NCBI GenBank assembly: GCA_040754875.1
Contig: JBFMBT010000003.1
Span: 1 to 49,472 of the forward strand
Length of the DNA: 49,472 nucleotides
Direction: 5' to 3'
Source of the DNA: Verrucomicrobiota bacterium
Lineage (GTDB): Bacteria > Verrucomicrobiota > Verrucomicrobiia > Limisphaerales > JBFMBT01
This document shows, piece by piece, positions 21,751-31,011 of this stretch. Each line of letters starts with the position of its first letter. Position 1 is the first letter of the stretch. A model generated the notes under the pieces. The model worked only from the letters and a program-made list of their open reading frames with translations. It was not told the origin of the DNA and searched no databases. The position numbers were made by a program, and so were the translations under genes.

Positions 21751-21793
21751 CTTCTCCCTCTCCCCAAGGGAGAGGGCCGGGGTGAGGGGGAAG
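21751..21793. repeat. REP-like CCCTCTCCC...GGGAGAGGG hairpin family; related copies at ~7271-7312, ~10660-10690 and ~12813-12864
   Basis: cttctccctctccccaagggagagggccggggtgaggggg, with similar pyrimidine/purine-arm hairpins in other intergenic spacers. Confidence 0.7.
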
Positions 21794-21830
21794 GAAACGC
21801 TATCCAACCCGCGATCATCCGGTTCATGGG

Positions 21831-22394
21831 GTGCGCGGAAAAATGGCCAGCCTTGGCCAAATAATGTCGAGCCAGGACGTGGTCTTCCTCCACTTCAACA
21901 ACTGGCAGAAGCCCGATCCCGGCCCGAAGGCGCAGGAGAACCTGCGCGGGTTCGTCGAGCGCGGCGGCGGACTCGCCGTGCTGCATTTCGCCTGCGGCGC
22001 GTTCAGCAACTGGACCGCGTACCCAAAGCTCGCGGGCAAGGTTTGGGACCGCAAAAACACGCACGACCCGCGCGGCCCGTTTACCGTGCGCATCACCAAC
22101 CATGAACATCCCGTGACCCGCGGATTGAAAGACTTCGATACGGACGACGAGCTTTACACCTGCCTGACTGGCGACCAGCCGGTCGAGTTGCTGGCCGTGG
22201 CGCGTTCAAAAGTCAAAGGCTCGGATCAGCCGATGGCCTTCACCCACACTTGCGGCAAGGGCCGCGTCTTTCACACGCCCCTCGGCCACGATGCGCGCGC
22301 CATTCACTCGCCAGGTACGGCTGAGTTGATCCGCCGCGGCGTGGCATGGGCCGCGGGCCTGACACCCCTCGCCACCAAGCCGCCCCCCCGCTGA
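21831..22394 (+). pseudogene. ThuA-like (class I glutamine amidotransferase-like) domain protein, apparently 5'-truncated
   Basis: DVVFLHFNNW, FVERGGGLAVLHFA, HPVTRGL..DDELY, GKGRVFHTPLGHD and LIRRGVAWAAG. The usual first strand/helix of the domain and any signal peptide are missing, and the ORF starts right after a REP-like hairpin. Confidence 0.65.
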
Positions 22395-22396
22395 CG

Positions 22397-23025
22397 CATT
22401 TGCCATATCTGCCATATCTGCATATCCGCCATTTGCCAGTTGCCATTGATTCCCCCCCCGCAGCCCGCGCACGCAATCCTCGCCCCAATCTTCCCCCGCT
22501 TCGGATTTCGTCATTCGGATTTCTTTCGGCCTTCGGATTTTTGCTCCAAACACGCCAGTTGGAACAAAAAGCCTGCAAACCAACCCGCGTCCTCAACGCC
22601 TCACGAAAGATTTTTGTCTCAGCGGTTAGCAGTTGTCTCAGGCGTCTTGGCGTTAACGCCGCGCCTGTGTCAGCTTCCTCCTGATGTCGCACCAAACATC
22701 AACCGCCCGGCCACTGGCCGGAGCACGCCGATGCCTCCGGCAGCGCCCGGGCTGGCAATCGCCATCGGATTTCGCCGTACGGATTTCTTTCGGCCTTCGC
22801 CATTCGGGTTTCGGATTTCCCCCTCCGTTCGACCCTATTCCGGCCGTTCCCGTCCGTTACCGCCATTTCCCACTTATTCCCGGCTCGCGGAAAAAATCCA
22901 CACCCTTCAACGCATCACGCATCACGCCCTTCGTCATTCCCCCCTTCAACCCTCAACCCACCCGACCCCAACCAGACAATCCGCCCGCTTCCGCCCGATA
23001 ATGCCCGCTTCCGCCACATAATTTT
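22397..23025. repeat. Mosaic of short degenerate tandem repeats (TTGCCA, TTCGGAT/TTCG, GCATCAC, CTTCAAC, CCGCTT units)
   Basis: Directly visible, e.g. tcggatttcgtcattcggatttctttcggccttcggattt (about twice) and cgcatcacgcatcacgc. No credible ORF here. Confidence 0.7.
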
Positions 23026-23370
23026 CCACCCTCCCCCGATGCGCCTCGAACCTTGATGCCCATCAAGGCCCCTCCGGAGCGTCTATGCGACGGTGCTCGA
23101 AAAATGGTTGCGCATCCCCAGCGAACCCGCGCTCGGCCAGCGGTGGCCGTTGCTCGACATCATCACGTGATTCAAGGCGGGGTTCACATGCGCCATTTCG
23201 CGAATCCGTTGAATCGCCGCTCGTGGGGCACTGTCTTTGAGGTGACTCCATGTAGGACAAGCCCATGTCTCCGGTTGCCCTCGGTTGCCGGTGTGTAGGA
23301 CAGACACGGACAAGGAATTCAGACGCGCGCCGATTCTGGCGAGCGGCATTTATCCCTTTAATGCCTGCGC

Positions 23371-26300
23371 ATGAAAATTCAAATTGCGGCGCGCGGGCTT
23401 GGCCTGCTGCTTTCACTCACAGGCCTGGCCAACGTGCAAGGAGCGGAGTACTACGTGTCCACGGTCGGAAGTGATTCAAACCCCGGAACACTGGCCCTGC
23501 CGGTGCGAACAATTACCCGCGCGTACAGCATGGCCGGCGCCGGGGACACGATTACAGTCCTGCCCGGCGTCTATACCGATTACACGACGGGCTGGGGATT
23601 GCGAATGGGCAAGAGCGGAACCGCCACCAGTCCCATCACCCTGCGCTCCCAGGTCCCAAGGGCGGCCGTCATTGACGGCCAGAACCGCTCCGACCGCAAC
23701 CAGGGCATTTATCTGGACGGCAGTTACAACATTGTTGACGGCTTTGAGATCCGGGGCGGCCCGCACGGCGGCATCGCGATGTACGGCAGCTACAATCAAA
23801 TCCGCAACAACGACATCCACCACAACGGCAATCCGGCCAACACCAGCACCCTCGGGCAGGATGGCATCTTTTCCGACCAAAACACCCGCAACAACGTCTA
23901 TGCGGGCAACCTCATTCGCGACAACGGGCGCACCGGCAGCAATCTGGATCACGCCCTCTACCTGTGCGGCGACAACGAACTGGTCATCAACAACGTCCTT
24001 ATCCGCAACGCTTCCTGGGGCCTGCACCTCGCCGGCTATTCCACGGTCAGCAACCTGCGGGCGTACAACAATGTGATGGCCTTCAACGGCAAGGGCGGCG
24101 TCATGCTCTGGATGGCCCTCAACGGCGTGGATATCAAGAACAACATCATCTACAAGAACGGCCAATACGGCATCAACTCCTACGACGCCCACGGCAGCGG
24201 CGTCGTCGTTGACCGCAATCTCGTGTTTGGAAACAGCTTCGGAAATTACAATTTCTCCAACGGCGGATCGGATTACACTTACACGCTGGGGACGACGGTC
24301 TCGGCCGAGCCCCTGTTTGTTGATGCAACTTCGGCCACTTTTGATGCACACCTCCTCGCCGGTTCGCCGGCCGTCAATGCGGGATTGAATCTTTCCTCGG
24401 TCTTCACCACGGACATCGACGGAGTGGCGCGGCCCGCCTCCGGCGCGTGGGACCTCGGCCCCTATCAGGTTGTGAGCCTCGTGAACTCAGCGCCGACGAT
24501 CTCGATCATCTCTGGCCAAATCATCGCACAGGGCGGCTCGACGGGTCCGCTGGCTTTCACGGTGGGCGACGCGGAAACGCCGGCCAGCAACCTCACGGTA
24601 TCGGGCAGTTCTTCCAACCCGACCCTCGTTCCCGGCAGCGGCATCAGCTTTGGTGGCTCGGGCGGCAACCGCACCGTCACCGTCACGCCCGCGGCGACGC
24701 AGACCGGGACAGCCACCATCACGGTGACCGTGAACGACGGTTCGGTGAGCACGAGCACGAGCTTTGTCCTGACGGTGAATCCGCCTTCCTCCAGCCTGAC
24801 CTTCGCCTCGACCGGTGGCGCGATCAGTGCCCCGTTCGCGGCGGGCAGCGGCGTGGTGTCTCAACCCCTCCTCACGCTCGCACCAGCCGACGGCGGCCGG
24901 GCGGCATACACGTTCAACATCACCAACGCGGGCGCCTACGTCGTCACCGCGCTGGTCAACGCGCCGGACGACAGCGCCAACTCGTTCTTCGTCAACATTG
25001 ACGCCGAGCCCGTGGACCCGACGATGGTTTGGGACATTCCCTTGACGAGCGGCTTGGTGGAACGGACGGTTTCGTGGCGCGGCAGCGGCACGCCGACGAA
25101 CAACGAGTTTGCGCCGAAGGTGTTCACGCTGACGACGGGGACGCACCAGTTGATTGTGCGCGGTCGCGAGGCCAACACCCAATTGGGCACGATCACGCTG
25201 AAGCCTTACACCGTCAGCAATCCGCCGCCCACGATCGCGCTGACCGCGCCCGCCAACGGCGCGAGCTACACGGCGCCGGCAGCCATCGACCTGACCGCCA
25301 GTGTCAACGCGAACGGCGCCACGATCAACAAGGTGCAGTTTTATCAAGGCGCCACGCTGTTGGGCGAAGACACGACTGCGCCCTACACCTACAGTTGGAG
25401 CAACGTGGCCGCCGGCAGTTATAGCCTCAGCGCGAGAGCGGTGTACGGTGCCGGCAACGACACGGTAGCGTCGTCCCCCGTGAGTGTTGCGGTCAGCAAT
25501 CCGCCGCCCACCATCGCGCTGACCGCGCCTGCCAGCGGCGCGAGCTACACGGCCCCGGCCATGATCAATCTGGCCGCCAGCGTCAACGCGAATGGGAACA
25601 CGATCAACAAGGTGCAGTTTTATCAGGGCACCACGCTGTTGGGCGAAGACACGGCCGCGCCTTACACGTTTGCCTGGAACAATGTGGGCGCCGGCAGCTA
25701 CAGCCTCAGTGCGAGGGCAGTGTACAACACCAGCAGCACCGTCGCCTCGTCCTCGGCGAGCGTGAGCGTCATCTTCGGGCTGACCTTTGACTCCACTTCG
25801 GGCGTGATCAGCGCTCCGTTTATGGCCGCCAATGGCTTGATTTATCAAACGAACCACACCCTCATCGTGGCGGACAGCGGCCGGGCGGTTTACACGTTCA
25901 ACATCGCCAACGCGGGTGATTACGTCGTCACGGCACTCGTGAACGCGCCGGATGCGAACGCCAACTCGTTCTTCGTCAACATCGATGCCGAACCGATTGA
26001 CCCGACGATGATCTGGGACATTCCCCTGACGAGCGGTTTGGAGGAACGGGCGGTCTCGTGGCGCGGCAGCGGCACGGTTGAAAACAACGAGTTCGCGCCG
26101 AAAGTGTTCACGCTGACGGCGGGAACGCATCAGTTGATCGTGCGCGGTCGCGAGGCGAACGCGCAGTTGGGGACGATCACGTTGAAGCCATATGCGAACA
26201 CACCTCCGGTGGTGACGCTGACCGCGCCGGGGAATGGTTCCACCGTTTCCGGCCCTGCGGTAACCGTCGCCGCCGATGCGTCAGATGACAGCGGCGTGGC

Positions 26301-27408
26301 CGGGGTGCAATTCAAGTTGAATGGGATGAACCTTGGAACCGAAGTCACCGCTGCTCCTTACAGCGTGACCTGGGATACGACGACCGTCACCAACGGGTTG
26401 CACACGTTGACGGCGGTGGCGCGGGATTCGGCGGGAAATCAAACGACTGCGGTGGCAGTCAGTGTGGTGGTCAGCAACACCATGCCCACGGTGTTGCCGA
26501 CGGTGACGGTGACGGCCACGGATGCCATCGCGACAATCGGCACGACCGATCATGCGGCGCTCACGTTCACCCGCACCGGCGACACCAGCGCGGCGCTCGC
26601 GGTGAACTACACGCTCGGCGGCAGCGCGGTGAAGTGGATCGATTACCGCCGGCCCGAAGGCGACATGCCGGTGTCGGTGACAATTCCGGCCGGGGCGGCC
26701 AGTTACACAATGACGATCATCGGTGTGACCAACGCCACGGCGGCTGACCCGCACACGGTCGTTATCACTTTGGCGACGGACGCGGCGTATGACATCGGCG
26801 CGGCCAGCAGCGCGACCGTGACGTTGATTGGCGCCAGTGTTCCGCCGCCAGCCCCGCCGACCGTCAACGTTACCGCGAGCGATGCAAACGCTTCGCGCGT
26901 CGGCCCGGACAACGGCTCGTTCACCATCATCCGCACGGACGGCACGACAACGGCCCTCACCGTGAACTTCACGCTGGGCGGCACGGCGGCCAACGGCGTG
27001 GATTACGCCTCGGTGCCGTTGTCCGTGACGTTGCCGGCCGGCGCCGCGTCGGCCACGGTGATGGTTGCGCCGTTGCCGAGCAATACCGTGGTCGGCTCGA
27101 AAACAGCCGTCCTCACGCTGGCGAACGATGCGGCCTACACAGTTGGCGCGACAGGAAATGCGAGCGTCACCATCGCGGGCAACGCGGTGCCGATCACCTC
27201 CCTGAAATTCACCGGAAACAGCGCGACCATCACCTGGGCGAGCGCGGCGGGCAAGACTTACCGCGTGGCTTACAAGACCAGCCTGACGGACACCAACTGG
27301 ACCGACGCGAGCGGCAATATCACCGCCACTGGCCCGAGCAGTTCGTGGACCGACACTGCTGCCAGCAGATCCCAGCAGCGTTTCTATGTCGTGTATATGA
27401 CGAACTAG
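23371..27408 (+). CDS. Large secreted protein: right-handed beta-helix (DUF1565/choice-of-anchor-Q-like), cadherin-like, 2 CBM-like, 3 Big_7-like Ig, 2 Calx-beta-like domains and a C-terminal PVC-type domain
   Basis: Signal peptide, YYVSTVGSDSNPGT..PVRTITRA, Asn/Gly-rich helix rungs, GSPAVNAG..DIDGVARP..WDLGPY, PPTIALTAPANGASY repeats and FTRTGDTSAALAVNYTLGGSA. Confidence 0.88.
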   Translation: MKIQIAARGLGLLLSLTGLANVQGAEYYVSTVGSDSNPGTLALPVRTITRAYSMAGAGDTITVLPGVYTDYTTGWGLRMGKSGTATSPITLRSQVPRAAVIDGQNRSDRNQGIYLDGSYNIVDGFEIRGGPHGGIAMYGSYNQIRNNDIHHNGNPANTSTLGQDGIFSDQNTRNNVYAGNLIRDNGRTGSNLDHALYLCGDNELVINNVLIRNASWGLHLAGYSTVSNLRAYNNVMAFNGKGGVMLWMALNGVDIKNNIIYKNGQYGINSYDAHGSGVVVDRNLVFGNSFGNYNFSNGGSDYTYTLGTTVSAEPLFVDATSATFDAHLLAGSPAVNAGLNLSSVFTTDIDGVARPASGAWDLGPYQVVSLVNSAPTISIISGQIIAQGGSTGPLAFTVGDAETPASNLTVSGSSSNPTLVPGSGISFGGSGGNRTVTVTPAATQTGTATITVTVNDGSVSTSTSFVLTVNPPSSSLTFASTGGAISAPFAAGSGVVSQPLLTLAPADGGRAAYTFNITNAGAYVVTALVNAPDDSANSFFVNIDAEPVDPTMVWDIPLTSGLVERTVSWRGSGTPTNNEFAPKVFTLTTGTHQLIVRGREANTQLGTITLKPYTVSNPPPTIALTAPANGASYTAPAAIDLTASVNANGATINKVQFYQGATLLGEDTTAPYTYSWSNVAAGSYSLSARAVYGAGNDTVASSPVSVAVSNPPPTIALTAPASGASYTAPAMINLAASVNANGNTINKVQFYQGTTLLGEDTAAPYTFAWNNVGAGSYSLSARAVYNTSSTVASSSASVSVIFGLTFDSTSGVISAPFMAANGLIYQTNHTLIVADSGRAVYTFNIANAGDYVVTALVNAPDANANSFFVNIDAEPIDPTMIWDIPLTSGLEERAVSWRGSGTVENNEFAPKVFTLTAGTHQLIVRGREANAQLGTITLKPYANTPPVVTLTAPGNGSTVSGPAVTVAADASDDSGVAGVQFKLNGMNLGTEVTAAPYSVTWDTTTVTNGLHTLTAVARDSAGNQTTAVAVSVVVSNTMPTVLPTVTVTATDAIATIGTTDHAALTFTRTGDTSAALAVNYTLGGSAVKWIDYRRPEGDMPVSVTIPAGAASYTMTIIGVTNATAADPHTVVITLATDAAYDIGAASSATVTLIGASVPPPAPPTVNVTASDANASRVGPDNGSFTIIRTDGTTTALTVNFTLGGTAANGVDYASVPLSVTLPAGAASATVMVAPLPSNTVVGSKTAVLTLANDAAYTVGATGNASVTIAGNAVPITSLKFTGNSATITWASAAGKTYRVAYKTSLTDTNWTDASGNITATGPSSSWTDTAASRSQQRFYVVYMTN
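24796..26193 (+). repeat. Intragenic domain duplications: CBM-like unit twice (24796-25209, 25780-26193) flanking two tandem Ig units (~25219-25497, ~25498-25770)
   Basis: Near-identical peptides NAPD..ANSFFVNIDAEP.DPTM.WDIPLTSGL.ER.VSWRGSGT..NNEFAPKVFTL..GTHQLIVRGREAN and NPPPTIALTAPA.GASYTAPA, also visible at DNA level. Confidence 0.9.
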
Positions 27409-27445
27409 CGGAAGCCAAATTGGAAGACACATTGAGTTGAGGGAA

Positions 27446-27473
27446 AGGAGCGCGGACACGGCTGTCCGCGCTC
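27446..27473. terminator. Hairpin (REP-like or bidirectional terminator) between convergent genes
   Basis: ggagcgcggaca-cggc-tgtccgcgctcc is a perfect 12-bp inverted repeat between the stops at 27408 and 27478. Confidence 0.6.
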
Positions 27474-27477
27474 CCCG

Positions 27478-29121
27478 TCATGGGGAAGCCGCGTCCCGCG
27501 CGGCGCGGTAGAACTGGCGTGCGAAAGGGCCGTCGCGCGGGTCGGTAACCACGGTCGTTCCGTTGGCGTCCGTGTGATGGGTGGCAACCGTCGCCCACGA
27601 AACCAAATCCGAACTGGCTTGGATCAGGTAACTCGTGTCCGGATCGCCTTCGAATTGAAATCGAAATTCGTCATTGTCCTGTGCGGGCCCGGATGACACG
27701 CCCCCCAGGAGGGCAACTTCAGAGTTTTGCGGCACCGCAAGGCGCAGCAACCCGCTGGTGGAGCCGCCGGAACTGCTGCCTGCACCCGAGACCTGCAATG
27801 CTCGAGAAAGATTCAACCGGCCGCCGGTCCTGGTTTTGCCGGCAAGGGCCGGGAGCGGGTCCACGGACGAGAGCACGCGTTGGATGATCTGCCGGTAATT
27901 GTCGGCCGGATATCGCGCCCACACCAGAGCACACGCTCCAACGACGTGCGGCGAGGCCATGGACGTGCCGCTCAACGTCTCGTAACTGGCGTCGCTCAGG
28001 TTCCACGTGGAAACAATCTCGTGGCCGGGCGCGCCCAAGTCCACGGTGTTCGCGCCGAAATTCGAGAAGAACGCCAGATTGTCGTGGCGATCGGTGGCGG
28101 CCACGCTGACGATGTTGTCGAGGTCATAACCGGCGGGATAAAAGGGCCGGGCATCGTTGTCGGTGGAGTCATTGCCCGCGGCGGCGACAAAAATCATGCC
28201 GGCGTCGCGCGTGCTGGCGATGGCGTCGCGCAGTGCGGCGGAAAATTCAGTGCCGCCCCAACTGGCGTTGATGACGCGCGCTCCGTAATGGCGGGCGTAG
28301 TTGATGCACTCGATGGCGTCGGAGTTGAAGCCGGTGCCCGCCGCGTTGAGAAACCGGCAGATCATCAGCCGGGTGCGCCAGGCCACGCCTGTGACGCCCG
28401 CGCCATTGTTGCCCACCGCGCCGATGGTGCCGGACACGTGCGTGCCGTGGCCATGATCGTCGTGTTTGACCCCGAAGCCCACGAGTCCGAGGCTTGAAAT
28501 AGCGTCAATGCCGTGGACGTCGTCAATGTATCCGTTGCCGTCGTCGTCCAGGAGATTGGTGCGCCGGTCGAGGATCAGAAGACTGCGTCCGTTCTCGCCG
28601 GGATTGACCCACAAATTGGCCGCGAGATCCTCATGCGTGGGGCGCGCCCCGGTATCCGTTACGGCCACGATGATGCTGGCCGCGGAGTTCTGAACATCCC
28701 AGGCTTCCGGCGCATCGATGTCCGCATCGGACCGGCCGCCGTTCTGGCCGATGTTGTGCAACCCCCACAAGGAGCCATCGATAAAGCGCGGATCGCTTGG
28801 CGACGCGACGATGCGAAGCACGAAGTCCGGCTCCGCGTACGTCACCAGGCCGCTCTGCTGGTAGAGCGCGATGACGGCGAGCGGATCGACCAGCGGCGGC
28901 AACTGGAGGACCTGGAGGTTTCCGATGGCCGGGTACGTGCGCCAGACCAGCGTGCCGAGTTGTGCGTGCAACAAGGCCAGATTCGCACCGGCCTTGGGTT
29001 TCACCAGAATCCGGTCGGAGCGATAGTTGGGTTGCGCCAGCAACGATCCCGCCGACAGGCACAGCCAGCCGGCCAGAATCCAAATCCGCAAATTCCTTTT
29101 CATTGGCATATTCTCATTCAT
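27478..29121 (-). CDS. S8 subtilisin-like serine protease, secreted, with prodomain and C-terminal PVC-type domain
   Basis: Catalytic Asp (VAVTDTG), His (HGTHVSGTIGA), oxyanion Asn (AAAGND) and Ser (GTSMASPHV). Signal peptide present; start at 29121 or 29109/29103. Confidence 0.93.
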   Translation of the reverse strand: MNENMPMKRNLRIWILAGWLCLSAGSLLAQPNYRSDRILVKPKAGANLALLHAQLGTLVWRTYPAIGNLQVLQLPPLVDPLAVIALYQQSGLVTYAEPDFVLRIVASPSDPRFIDGSLWGLHNIGQNGGRSDADIDAPEAWDVQNSAASIIVAVTDTGARPTHEDLAANLWVNPGENGRSLLILDRRTNLLDDDGNGYIDDVHGIDAISSLGLVGFGVKHDDHGHGTHVSGTIGAVGNNGAGVTGVAWRTRLMICRFLNAAGTGFNSDAIECINYARHYGARVINASWGGTEFSAALRDAIASTRDAGMIFVAAAGNDSTDNDARPFYPAGYDLDNIVSVAATDRHDNLAFFSNFGANTVDLGAPGHEIVSTWNLSDASYETLSGTSMASPHVVGACALVWARYPADNYRQIIQRVLSSVDPLPALAGKTRTGGRLNLSRALQVSGAGSSSGGSTSGLLRLAVPQNSEVALLGGVSSGPAQDNDEFRFQFEGDPDTSYLIQASSDLVSWATVATHHTDANGTTVVTDPRDGPFARQFYRAARDAASP

Positions 29122-29300
29122 GTCGATTTCCTTTTGGTTCGAGTTTCAGTCAGTGCGCGGTTCGATTTGGTATGGACTGAAACGGTCCGCAGTTGCGGCG
29201 GTGTTGTCTGTTTTTCTAACAAACAAGCACGGGGAGTGAATACGCTCCAGCGGGGTGAACACCCCTCTAAACAAAGTGCGCGGACATTATTTGAAAGCGG

Positions 29301-30890
29301 TCATAACCCGGGCAGCGGGAGTGGCGACGGCAGGGGCGCGTTGACGGTGATGACGCGGCTCTTGCTGCTGGTCTGGCCGGCGGTGTTCCGGACGGTCAGC
29401 CGCGCGGTGTAACTGCCGGGGAGCACGTAAGTGTGCGCGGGGTTTCGCAAGGTGCTCGTGCCGCCGTCGCCGAAACTCCAGGTCCACGAAGTGGGGTTGC
29501 CGGTGGATTGGTCGGTGAAGGTGACCGGCAGCGGGGCGACTCCGAGCAGCGAACTGGCCGTGAAGTCGGCAACCAAGGGCGGAGGCGGCGCGGCGACAGT
29601 GATGGCGCGGCTGACGGAGCTGCGCTGGCCGCTGGTCACGGTCAAGGTGGCCGTGAACGTACCGGCGCTCTGGTAGGTGTGGTATGGGTTTCGGACGGTG
29701 GCGCTCGTGCCGTCGCCGAAGTTCCAGTTCCAAGTGTTGACGGGCCCGGTGGATTGGTCGTCGAATTGAACGCCCAACGGCGCCCGTCCGCTGGTCGGAA
29801 AGGCCGTGAAGGCCGCCGTCACGGGTTGGGGCTGGGGCGGCGCGGTGACGGTGATCGTGCGGCTGGCGGAGTTGCGCTGGCCGCTGCTGCCGGTCACGGT
29901 CAAGGTGGCGGTGAAGGTTCCGGCGCTCTGGTAGGTGTGGTACGGACTGCGCGCGGTGGCGGTCGCGCCGTCGCCGAAGTTCCAATTCCAAGCGGTAACC
30001 GGGCCGGTGGATTTGTCCTCGAACTGAACACCAAGCGGCGCCGGCCCGCTGGTTGGGAAGGCCGTGAAGTCCGCCGTCACTGGCTGGGGCTGGGACGGCG
30101 GTGGCGTGGTGGGCGAGTCATTGTCGGCAATCGTGACCGTGCCGCTTTGAGGCGACCCGATGGTGTATTCCGCACCGGGCGCCAGTGTGACCGTCACGGT
30201 TTCGTTCCCTTCCGCCAGGGTGTCGTCGATCGGCACAATCAACAATTCGGCTTGCAGAAACCCGGCGGGAAAGGGAGCGGAAGCGGGCAATTGCTCGTAA
30301 TCCACTCCGTTGCCGGCGGCGCCGCTGAAAGTCCAGTTCACGACAAACGATTTCCACGGATCACCGGTCCGGTGGAAGCGAACGGTACCGGGGACGCGAC
30401 CAGTTTCCGACGCGCCAGGCCCCGGCACCGACAAAGAAACGACTGGCTGGTCCGATGGCGGCGGAGGCGGTGGCGGCGACTCATCGGCAATGGTCACCGT
30501 CGCGCTGTTGGGCGAGCCGACGGTGTAGCCCTCTCCGGGCAGGAGTGTGAGGACCACCGTGCGCGTGCCCCGTCCGGCACTTTCAGGAATAGGCTGGATC
30601 TGCAAATCTCCCTCCAGCACGCCAGCGGGGAACGGGCTGCTGGTGGGCAATTCCTGATAATCCACGCCGTTGACGGCTGTGCCACCCAACGTCCAGTTAA
30701 CGACAAAGGATTGGGACGGATCGCCGGTGCGGTGGAACTTGATGACGCCATTGACCGGCCCGCTCTTGGAAGCATTGGGTTGCGGCACGGACAACGAAAC
30801 GACCGGCGTCTGGGCCAACACCGTGGGCGCGGCCAAGGCGAAACAGCCGAGGGCGAGGGCAACGGCAAGAGGCGGCCGCAGCTGAATCAT
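29301..30890 (-). CDS. Secreted protein with 2 Calx-beta-like and 3 PKD domains and Pro-rich linkers
   Basis: From the ATG at 30890 (MIQLRPPLAVALALG...). FHRTGDP..VNWT..G.A.NGVDY occurs twice and ADFTA..SG.APL.V.F.D.STG....W.WNFGDG three times. The ORF extension to 31136 is REP-derived or overlaps the upstream gene. Confidence 0.88.
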   Translation of the reverse strand: MIQLRPPLAVALALGCFALAAPTVLAQTPVVSLSVPQPNASKSGPVNGVIKFHRTGDPSQSFVVNWTLGGTAVNGVDYQELPTSSPFPAGVLEGDLQIQPIPESAGRGTRTVVLTLLPGEGYTVGSPNSATVTIADESPPPPPPPSDQPVVSLSVPGPGASETGRVPGTVRFHRTGDPWKSFVVNWTFSGAAGNGVDYEQLPASAPFPAGFLQAELLIVPIDDTLAEGNETVTVTLAPGAEYTIGSPQSGTVTIADNDSPTTPPPSQPQPVTADFTAFPTSGPAPLGVQFEDKSTGPVTAWNWNFGDGATATARSPYHTYQSAGTFTATLTVTGSSGQRNSASRTITVTAPPQPQPVTAAFTAFPTSGRAPLGVQFDDQSTGPVNTWNWNFGDGTSATVRNPYHTYQSAGTFTATLTVTSGQRSSVSRAITVAAPPPPLVADFTASSLLGVAPLPVTFTDQSTGNPTSWTWSFGDGGTSTLRNPAHTYVLPGSYTARLTVRNTAGQTSSKSRVITVNAPLPSPLPLPGL

Positions 30891-31000
30891 TTGGAGCACG
30901 GTGGCAAGCGAAGCACGACACCGTTTTGGCCGGCAAATGCAGGCTGCCCACCACGCACCAAAAGCGCCGTCGCCGCTGCGCTCTGCCGGCGCACTCCAAA
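30890..31000. repeat. REP-like inverted doublet of the (C)AAAGCG...GCA(C/G)TCCAA family; other copies at ~10187-10225, ~12918-12957, 37924-37963, 40022-40060 and a remnant at ~35585-35602
   Basis: All share an aaagcg start, an internal hairpin and a gcactccaa/gcagtccaa end. The copies at 30961-31000 and 37924-37963 match at 37 of 40 positions. Confidence 0.8.
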
Positions 31001-31011
31001 GAGTGCGCAGC

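Noticed and set aside
22397-23025. Possible CRISPR array or small ORFs in the repeat-rich spacer
   Set aside because: The repeats are short, degenerate and lack regular unique spacers. No cas genes are present, and the ORFs translate the repeats (e.g. FGFRHSDF).
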